DNA of 36,304 nucleotides, taken from positions 1 through 36,304 of IMG/VR virus record IMGVR_UViG_3300043313_000942. One strand, given 5' to 3'. Positions 30,902 through 36,304 of the stretch are shown one piece after another. The notes below the pieces were generated by a model, which saw only the letters and a program-made list of their open reading frames with translations, made no database searches and was not told where the DNA came from. This DNA is from a virus. The number at the start of each line of letters is the position of its first letter. Position 1 is the first letter of the stretch. The position numbers and the translations under genes are program-made.

Positions 30902-31013
30902 CGTCCGTTCCGTACGCTTGCGTTGCCACTTCGTGAGATGTGCGGGTTGTCTAGCATGGCCCCTCCAAAAAAATCGGTCGCTAGAGTCCGGCCACCAACA
31001 CAGCAATCCGCAG

Positions 31014-31080
31014 GTTGGGCACCATGAAGGCGGCGGCGCTGATGGTCCGGCTCTGGCGATCGATTTCCATGGTGCCCAAC
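31014..31080. repeat. Perfect 13-bp inverted repeat GTTGGGCACCATG / CATGGTGCCCAAC with a 41-nt spacer, abutting the int stop codon
   Basis: 31014-31026 is the exact reverse complement of 31068-31080. Confidence 0.9.
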
Positions 31081-32043
31081 TCAACTAAAGCCACGCTCGC
31101 GCTTGTCTGTCAATGAATCGTTGCTAGTTTCGTAAACTTTTTTCTGCGCGGGCCTTCGCTCCATGGCCGCCGCAATCTCGAGGGCCCGATCTTCCTGCTC
31201 GCGGTGCATGTACCGCTCGGTGGTGCGGCTGTCGGCGTGGCCCAGTTGATCGCGGAGAGCCTTGAGGCCGATGCCGGCTTGGTCGGCGAGGCTCGCGTGC
31301 GTGTGTCTGAGGTCGTGCCAGCGCAGGCGCTTGTCGCCCGGGGCACAGACCACGTCGAGGCCGCACCGCTCCACGACGGCGCGAAACCACAGCTCGATGG
31401 TGGACGGGTGGATCGCCCGCCCGGTCTGCTTGCTCCAGAAGACGAACGGCGAGGTGTAGTGACGGGGAAGCGCGGAAACTTCCTCGGCCGCGCGGGGCGG
31501 GAGGGCAACGATTCGCTTCCGCTTGCTCTTGGTCTGGACGCTGTTGATCGTGACCTGGCCGTTGCCACCGATGCGGTCGTGACGGAGCGTCAGCATCTCC
31601 GACAGGCGGAGGCCCGTCGACACGGCCACAAGCACCGCCGCCCGAAGCATTGGGTTCGGCCTGCTGGCGTTCAACAACACTTCAACTTGATCCCAAGTCA
31701 GCCACGTCTCGCGAGCTGTCCTCGCTCCCGAGCCCTGGGCGGCGAACAGCGTGTTGACCGAGATGATGCCGGCGACCACCGCCCAGGCGTACATCTGCTT
31801 CGCCCTCAACAGCTCCGTGTCCAGCGTGGCGGCTGACACACGTCTCCCCGTGCGCGGGGATGCCTCGTACATCCGGACGGCCCGGAGATCACTCCAGGCG
31901 TCGGGCGTGACTTCGTCAGCGAACCGACTTCCAGCCAGCCTTACGAATGGCTCCAGTCGTACGCGCTCCAGCCTCCACGACCGCGTGAATCGACGCACCT
32001 TTTCCCAGCGCTCGTAAAGAGCGGCCACCGTGATCCGTTCCAC
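31081..32043 (-). CDS. int: Tyrosine recombinase / phage integrase (320 aa)
   Basis: STGLRLSE (Arg I), WHDLRHTHAS (His-x-x-Arg) and LGHADSRTTERYMH (catalytic Tyr) are all present. Confidence 0.92.
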   Translation of the reverse strand: MERITVAALYERWEKVRRFTRSWRLERVRLEPFVRLAGSRFADEVTPDAWSDLRAVRMYEASPRTGRRVSAATLDTELLRAKQMYAWAVVAGIISVNTLFAAQGSGARTARETWLTWDQVEVLLNASRPNPMLRAAVLVAVSTGLRLSEMLTLRHDRIGGNGQVTINSVQTKSKRKRIVALPPRAAEEVSALPRHYTSPFVFWSKQTGRAIHPSTIELWFRAVVERCGLDVVCAPGDKRLRWHDLRHTHASLADQAGIGLKALRDQLGHADSRTTERYMHREQEDRALEIAAAMERRPAQKKVYETSNDSLTDKRERGFS

Positions 32044-32192
32044 CCGCTAGCATCTTTCTCCCCCTTGCGCGCGATCCGACTCGCGCAGAGAAGACGCTTC
32101 GGTCTAACTTCTACTGACCTTGATTCTTGTACATCTCGCCGACCCCAACGTCGGCCCGCAACTACTCCCGGTATCCCCTCAGTCCTGCCTGC

Positions 32193-32594
32193 TCACGCCC
32201 GGCTCCATGCCGCCTGGGTCGCTGCCACCCAATGCATGAACATCGCGAATCGCGTCTCGTTGGACATCCCATTGAACGGGCGGCGATGCTGCTCCCATTG
32301 CTCGTGGAATTCGCGACACATCGGGACAGCGTTGCGGTCCGGCTCCTTGAGACCCAGGCCGGTATGGTGGCGAAGGTGAGAAGCCTGGATTCCGCCCCTG
32401 CAAACGTGGAGCGGGTAGACTGCGAAACCGACGCACGGCTGCTTGTGGAGCCACGCGAGATACGGCTTGTCGCTACCCTCCCCCTTGAGCCTCCGCGGCG
32501 GCTTACGTTTCATTCTCGTTCTCACCAGCGCCTTGCGGGGTTTCTTCCCCCTGGGGGAGGGCTTGGGGCAGGGCCTGACTGGTTCGCCGGTCAT
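32193..32594 (-). CDS. HNH-type nuclease, Ref/DUF968-like (133 aa)
   Basis: Basic N-terminus, then YLAWLHKQPC...ASHLRHHTGLGLKEPDRNAVPMCREFHEQWEQH (Cys/His HNH-like core), as in P1 Ref-type recombination-enhancement nucleases. Recognised from memory only. Confidence 0.5.
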   Translation of the reverse strand: MTGEPVRPCPKPSPRGKKPRKALVRTRMKRKPPRRLKGEGSDKPYLAWLHKQPCVGFAVYPLHVCRGGIQASHLRHHTGLGLKEPDRNAVPMCREFHEQWEQHRRPFNGMSNETRFAMFMHWVAATQAAWSRA

Positions 32595-32851
32595 GGCTCA
32601 CGGTCCACGAAGAGATGGAACACAAGTCCGCCTCGCATCTGCACGGTACCGACGTACTGACCCACGCAATCACAGGGATGGCCAGTGCCGCGCCAGCGAA
32701 AGGTGCGCTTGACGAGGCCGGCATCTGGATCGACGCGCGCCCAGACGAACGGCTCCATTCCCTGGATTTGGACGCACAGGATTTCCGCGCCAGTCGGCAT
32801 GCGGACCTCCTGCATGTCATCGACGGCGATGTGGTATTTGTAAATGCGCAT
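32591..32851 (-). CDS. Conserved small phage protein (86 aa, MRIYKY... family), function unknown
   Basis: ATG at 32851 inside ORF 32591..32983. The pattern MRIYKYHI...MPTGAEILCVQIQG...WARVDP...GTGHP...YVGTV...LVFHLF recurs in prophage small proteins. Confidence 0.6.
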   Translation of the reverse strand: MRIYKYHIAVDDMQEVRMPTGAEILCVQIQGMEPFVWARVDPDAGLVKRTFRWRGTGHPCDCVGQYVGTVQMRGGLVFHLFVDREP

Positions 32852-33861
32852 CACAGCGTCTCGCCCTTGAGAAGCATCTGTAACGCCCGCTCGGCCTGCA
32901 CCTGAGACAGCGACTCCGACGTGGCGACGTTGAAGTTTTTCAGCAGCCATTGGGGGGCGAGGTCTTTGACCTTCTTCCCCCACGCTGCAACTGCGGCCTC
33001 GCGGACGTTCTGCAGCGTGCCGGGGTCGGCGACTTCCCCCGTGTCGTCATCGTCCGAGCCGGGCTCGCGGTCGTTGTCGTTCATTGCCCCCGCGATGGGA
33101 GCCTGGGACTCATTGTTCTTGAGCGTCTCTGCCTGGCGGTCGATCATCCCCTGCATGCGCTTGATGAAGTTGCCTGCCTGTTCGTACGTCAGCATTGTCG
33201 ACGTCGTGCACGGCCTCCCCTGGGAATCCTTGTAGGCGGCGAGCCCTGTCCTGTAGGGGTGGCCGGGGTGCTCGGCCTTCCCTGTCCAGCCTCCGATCTT
33301 CTCTTTCATGATGTGGATTTGCTGGATTTGGGAGGCGTTCGCCATGAGTGCGGTCGGGGTTGCCTTGACCGTGTTCGCCTTCGCGGCGTTACCAGCGACA
33401 GGAGATTTGCCACTGCGACCCTCGGCTCCTTCTCCGTCGTCGTCCTCGGTCGCCACGCCCACGAATGCCTGGAGGGCATAGCGGCGCAGGTAGCTGGTGA
33501 CCGAGCCATACTCTTGTGGCCCCTGCGCTTTCGGGACCACCATCGCCACGCACGCCATCCACTGGCCGCTCGTGTGCCCCATTAGAGTCCGAAGCCCGAC
33601 GGTGTTACCGCGCGTGAATGGCTGCTGGATCACGCACAGTCCGTTCTTGGTCAGTGGCCCGCGGCACGTATCCCAGATGGCGGCGAGCGTGGCGTATGAC
33701 GCCTTCCGGCCATCTTTCGAAAAGAAGGGGTTCACGGCATCGCGGGATGCGGTGGTGATTTCGCCTTGCGCCGCAACCATGGCCTTGAACAGGTCCCCGC
33801 ATTCATTGCTCTGCTCCCACTCGGTCGTAACGGTAGGTTCCATGGTCATCTCCTCACTCAC
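32851..33861 (-). CDS. erf: ERF-family single-strand annealing recombinase (336 aa)
   Basis: NPFFSKDGRKASYATLAAIWDTCRGPLTKNGLCVIQQP...LMGHTSGQW...YGSVTSYLRRYALQAFVGVATEDDD fits the ERF core. Confidence 0.8.
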   Translation of the reverse strand: MSEEMTMEPTVTTEWEQSNECGDLFKAMVAAQGEITTASRDAVNPFFSKDGRKASYATLAAIWDTCRGPLTKNGLCVIQQPFTRGNTVGLRTLMGHTSGQWMACVAMVVPKAQGPQEYGSVTSYLRRYALQAFVGVATEDDDGEGAEGRSGKSPVAGNAAKANTVKATPTALMANASQIQQIHIMKEKIGGWTGKAEHPGHPYRTGLAAYKDSQGRPCTTSTMLTYEQAGNFIKRMQGMIDRQAETLKNNESQAPIAGAMNDNDREPGSDDDDTGEVADPGTLQNVREAAVAAWGKKVKDLAPQWLLKNFNVATSESLSQVQAERALQMLLKGETL

Positions 33862-34109
33862 TTGATCAAATTCGCCATGTCGTCATCCTCGAATCCGTAC
33901 CTAGGGCGCACCGGTGGCGCTTCGTCGCTGGCCTCAATCTCACCCTTCACGGCCGACCCCCGTGGGAGGTCAATGAGCACAGAGAGCGTCGAGAGGCACA
34001 CCGGACAGTTGCCCATGTAGTGAACCTCCGTCGGTTCATTGCCGCCCGCGAACACCTGGACAGCAACGAAGTTCGTAGAGAGAACGAAGGTCGCGAGGCT
34101 TGCCTTCAT
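33858..34109 (-). CDS. Hypothetical protein (83 aa)
   Basis: ATG at 34109 inside ORF 33858..34283. GTGA overlap with erf. Confidence 0.5.
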   Translation of the reverse strand: MKASLATFVLSTNFVAVQVFAGGNEPTEVHYMGNCPVCLSTLSVLIDLPRGSAVKGEIEASDEAPPVRPRYGFEDDDMANLIK

Positions 34110-34132
34110 GGAGTCGTGATCTGCGGTGCAGA

Positions 34133-34363
34133 TCACAGCGGCCTCGGCATCGGGTCCGTTGCAGGCTCCCCGGTCAGCACGTCGAGCACGTGCTCGAATG
34201 CCGCCTCCGCCATCAGCTTCTTGAGGTCGGCGAGATGACCCTGCGACGGCTGCTCCAATCCCTTCCTCGTCACCTGGAACCACATCAGCTCGGAGATGAG
34301 GCGGGTGAGGCGGTCGTCGTCAAAGGACTCCAGCAGCGTTGCGGCGTCGGCGCGGGTCAGCAT
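34133..34363 (-). CDS. Hypothetical protein (76 aa)
   Basis: Balanced composition; overlaps the upstream stop. Confidence 0.55.
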   Translation of the reverse strand: MLTRADAATLLESFDDDRLTRLISELMWFQVTRKGLEQPSQGHLADLKKLMAEAAFEHVLDVLTGEPATDPMPRPL

Positions 34364-34542
34364 TTCGTAGCCTCCTCCTCTCGGGCCTCATGCGCGCAGT
34401 CGCGACACAGGACCTTCAGGGCCCGTTCCACGTCCTGTCCCTCGACGAGCGTTTCCCCGCAGTCGGAGCAATACGCCAACTCGGCCCCGCAGATGCAGTG
34501 CTCCGGGAGGCGGTCACAGCAGCTTTCGTAGTAGGTGCTCAT
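34357..34542 (-). CDS. Small zinc-ribbon protein (61 aa, 8 Cys)
   Basis: CC...CIC...CSDC...CRDC. Confidence 0.6.
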   Translation of the reverse strand: MSTYYESCCDRLPEHCICGAELAYCSDCGETLVEGQDVERALKVLCRDCAHEAREEEATKC

Positions 34543-34796
34543 TACTGCACCGCCTTGGCCGCGCGCTCCGCCTTCTGGAGCTCGTCGAGCCGATCAAGGT
34601 CGTCCTGGAGATATGCGCGGCACTGCATCCATCCCGCCTGCGCAGCCTCGTGCAGATGCTTCGTCATCAGGTCGCACAACTCGGAGTGGTACGGCCTCGT
34701 GCGGCCGCGCTTGTGGCGGCACCGCTCGAGAGCCGCGATGAACTCGTGCGCGACTTCTCGCGCGCCCTGCCCGTTCTTGTTCTTGTACCAGCGCAT
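34542..34796 (-). CDS. First early-left gene, hypothetical (84 aa)
   Basis: ATG at 34796 lies 6 nt after a -10-like hexamer. TAATG overlap with the next gene. Confidence 0.6.
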   Translation of the reverse strand: MRWYKNKNGQGAREVAHEFIAALERCRHKRGRTRPYHSELCDLMTKHLHEAAQAGWMQCRAYLQDDLDRLDELQKAERAAKAVQ

Positions 34797-34864
34797 GTAC
34801 CCAACTTAGACCGACCTGGGTACGCCGTCAACGAGTTTGTACCTAATGCCCATCGCCTGGGTAC
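34797..34864 (-). promoter_or_regulatory. Early-left promoter with phased operator half-sites (genetic-switch candidate)
   Basis: Minus strand: TTGACG (34831-34826), 17 nt, TAAGTT (34808-34803). Half-sites GTACCC 34797, GGGTAC 34818, GTACCT 34839 and GGGTAC 34859 alternate in orientation every 20-21 bp. Confidence 0.55.
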
Positions 34865-34886
34865 AGAAAAAATGCAGCGCGTTACG

Positions 34887-35405
34887 CTAGCGGATGCCGT
34901 TCGGCCAGGACGCGTCTACCGGGGGCACTTCCGTGGTCCCCGTCTCGTCGCTCACGAACTCCTTAGCGATGCGCTCCGCCCAGACAAGGGGGATGGGCCT
35001 ACCGCCGCCCGAAGGGGCCTTCAGCCACGATTTGGCGGCCTCTACGGTGATTCCCTTCTGGGAGCGAGCCCACTCGGGCAGGGAGAGGTTGCGCTTGTGT
35101 AGGGCTTGCCGGAACGGCCACGTCGATTTTGTGCGGGCAATCGACACCTTCGCGCCTCGGGATGCAGATTCTGCTTCCATCTTGGGTACACCTAATGTAC
35201 CTTTCTTCTGGATGGAAGACAAGGGCTGCGTACCTGACTCCGCATTGGCCATTCGCCGCCAGTACGCCGCTTGTTCTCGAAGGGACGCAATTTGTGCCTC
35301 GAAGTCCAGGACGAGCTGGCGGGTTTTCGCTAGGAAGCCCTCGACCTCGTCGGCTTCTTCCTCGAAGCGCTTGGCTTTGGCCTCGAACTGTCCGGCTGAT
35401 GACAT
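34887..35405 (-). CDS. Coiled-coil plus C-terminal Cro/YdaS-like HTH DNA-binding protein (172 aa); repressor candidate
   Basis: ATG at 35405 inside ORF 34887..35789. C-terminus NLSLPEWARSQKGITVEAAKSWLKA...RPIPLVWAERIAKEF is HTH-like. Sits next to the switch region, divergent from the plus-strand operon. Confidence 0.55.
   Translation of the reverse strand: MSSAGQFEAKAKRFEEEADEVEGFLAKTRQLVLDFEAQIASLREQAAYWRRMANAESGTQPLSSIQKKGTLGVPKMEAESASRGAKVSIARTKSTWPFRQALHKRNLSLPEWARSQKGITVEAAKSWLKAPSGGGRPIPLVWAERIAKEFVSDETGTTEVPPVDASWPNGIR
35185..35201. promoter_or_regulatory. Perfect 17-bp palindrome GGTACA-cctaa-TGTACC inside the HTH gene (operator candidate)
   Basis: Read directly. Encoded by rare codons (ACA TTA GGT GTA). 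Overlaps a minus-strand TTGTCT-N17-TACATT promoter-like pair located 13 nt before an in-frame ATG (35180). Confidence 0.5.
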
Positions 35406-35435
35406 GCCCACCTGTAACATGAAAGGGAGATTGCG

Positions 35436-36278
35436 ATGAAACCAACGAAGCCCGAACGTGTAGAGGTGGGAAGCCGGTGGCAGTGCGGCGACAGACGAAG
35501 CACCGTCACGCGTCTTGAAGATGCCGCGAGGACACGCAAGGTGTGGCTTCGGTACGATGACACGGAACGCGAGGTCTACTCGCCCGAGGAGCTGTTCGTC
35601 GGCGCCAGCCCTTCCTACGTCTACCTCGGTACTACAGCGGGGATAGGGGTAGCGGCGCCGATGGCCGAGAACAAGGACGGCTATCCCGTCGGGTGCTTGT
35701 CGTGCGGGGCGAAGCTCAGTGAGGAAGAGGCTTACGAATGCGACGCCTGTGACGAGGACGGCTACGGCGCGCGCACAGACGCCTGGCACGCAGGCGCTCG
35801 CGACTTCCCACGTCGGGCACCTAGCGCCGCTACACCGACGCCCGCGCGCGACGAGGGGCGGTCTTGCTCAACCTGCCACGGCGTCCACGGCGAGCCCCCG
35901 TGTCCTCCCGGATGGCCGAAAGCCTCTGCCCCGAAGCTTCGGGAGGTGTCCACGAACGGAAAGCCCGGCTCGTGGGTCCCCTACTCCAGCAACTCGGGGT
36001 ACCCCTTCGATACATACCGGCACCGTCGGGAGAACGGGGTTGTTGTAATGGCAGGGCCACCCCGCGGCTACAACGGGAAGACCTGGGAACAGCACGTCGT
36101 CGGCGATCAAAACATGCGCGTCGGGATGAGGCAGCGCGACCACGAGAACCCGTCGGCCGGTCGGCGACTGACGGCCATGATGGCACCCCCCCCCCGGCAG
36201 CCCTCGAAGCCTCTCCCCGTTCCCTCAGCTCACTCGATGCTGTGGGGAGGCCTTTTTAATATTCTCGGTGGGCGGTAA
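35436..36278 (+). CDS. First gene of the plus-strand operon: Cys-containing hypothetical protein (280 aa)
   Basis: SD AGGGAGA 7 nt upstream of the ATG. CLSC...CDAC and CSTC...C motifs. The 3' end lies in the terminal repeat and its TAA overlaps the ATG of the 43..231 gene. Confidence 0.7.
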   Translation: MKPTKPERVEVGSRWQCGDRRSTVTRLEDAARTRKVWLRYDDTEREVYSPEELFVGASPSYVYLGTTAGIGVAAPMAENKDGYPVGCLSCGAKLSEEEAYECDACDEDGYGARTDAWHAGARDFPRRAPSAATPTPARDEGRSCSTCHGVHGEPPCPPGWPKASAPKLREVSTNGKPGSWVPYSSNSGYPFDTYRHRRENGVVVMAGPPRGYNGKTWEQHVVGDQNMRVGMRQRDHENPSAGRRLTAMMAPPPRQPSKPLPVPSAHSMLWGGLFNILGGR

Positions 36279-36304
36279 TGGCGTTCCGTCAACCATGGGA
36301 CGTC
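36236..36304. repeat. Right copy of the 69-bp terminal direct repeat
   Basis: Exact identity to 1-69. Confidence 0.95.

Larger units (their letters stand above)
1..36304. mobile_element. Complete temperate phage genome with podovirus-like gene order; unit length 36,235 bp, closed by a 69-bp end overlap
   Basis: nt 1-69 are identical to nt 36236-36304. Contains terS-terL-portal-scaffold-capsid-tail-lysis order, a tyrosine integrase and an ERF recombinase. No tape-measure, tail-tube or sheath-like ORFs were seen. Confidence 0.85.

Noticed and set aside
30752-31088. Three 63-91-aa ORFs in the int-adjacent non-coding region
   Set aside because: Two are mirror images created by the 13-bp inverted repeat (ATG inside CCATGG). 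They have poor composition and no SD, so the region is treated as non-coding regulatory or att DNA.
33858-34109. Truncated SSB suggested by the acidic FEDDDM near the C-terminus
   Set aside because: The acidic motif is not at the extreme C-terminus (the protein ends ANLIK). The protein is too short for an OB fold and lacks SSB-like aromatic motifs.
1-36304. CRISPR arrays, rRNA or tRNA genes, transposase or IS elements
   Set aside because: No regularly spaced direct repeats, no GGTTCGAATCC-type T-arm strings and no DDE/transposase-like ORFs were found on either strand by eye.

Overview
This GC-rich 36.3-kb window is a complete temperate phage genome. The first 69 nt (1-69) are identical to the last 69 nt (36236-36304), so the sequence closes on itself with a unit length of 36,235 bp.

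**Minus strand (about 45 tightly packed, mostly overlapping genes):**
- A repressor-like helix-turn-helix (HTH) gene and a switch region (35405-34797).
- An early recombination module (34796-32193): ERF annealase, a Ref/DUF968-like HNH nuclease and small zinc-ribbon ORFs.
- A tyrosine integrase (32043-31081), followed by a 427-bp non-coding region that is the attP candidate.
- A replication and modification module (30653-27268): a beta-class DPPY DNA methyltransferase, a zinc-ribbon initiator-like gene with an embedded AT-rich iteron cluster, and a DnaA-domain-IV-like HTH.
- A podovirus-like late module (27264-3515): terS, terL, a GNAT insert, portal, scaffold, capsid, adaptor or nozzle-sized proteins, three ejection-protein-sized ORFs, a collagen-like fibre, a glycoside hydrolase with a discoidin-like domain, and a lysis cassette of proline-rich lipoprotein, 2-TM holin-like protein and CHAP endolysin.

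**Plus strand:**
- One reverse-oriented lipoprotein moron (10754-11203) sits inside the virion module.
- A ten-gene, translationally coupled operon crosses the contig junction (35436-36278, then 43-3512). It encodes mainly cysteine-rich proteins of unknown function, plus a MazG-like protein and an XRE regulator.

No tRNA, rRNA, CRISPR array, reverse transcriptase, tape measure, sheath or tail tube was recognised.

**Most interesting:**
- The cysteine-rich coupled operon, which is the best candidate for an undescribed system.
- cis elements written over coding sequence in rare codons: the iterons, a 17-bp palindrome and a recurring CCTAATG/GGGTAC motif.
- A phased-operator promoter predicted to give a leaderless transcript.
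- The accessory inserts (GNAT with a small acidic ORF, and the reverse-strand lipoprotein).

All functional calls come from motif reading by eye. No database search was run.
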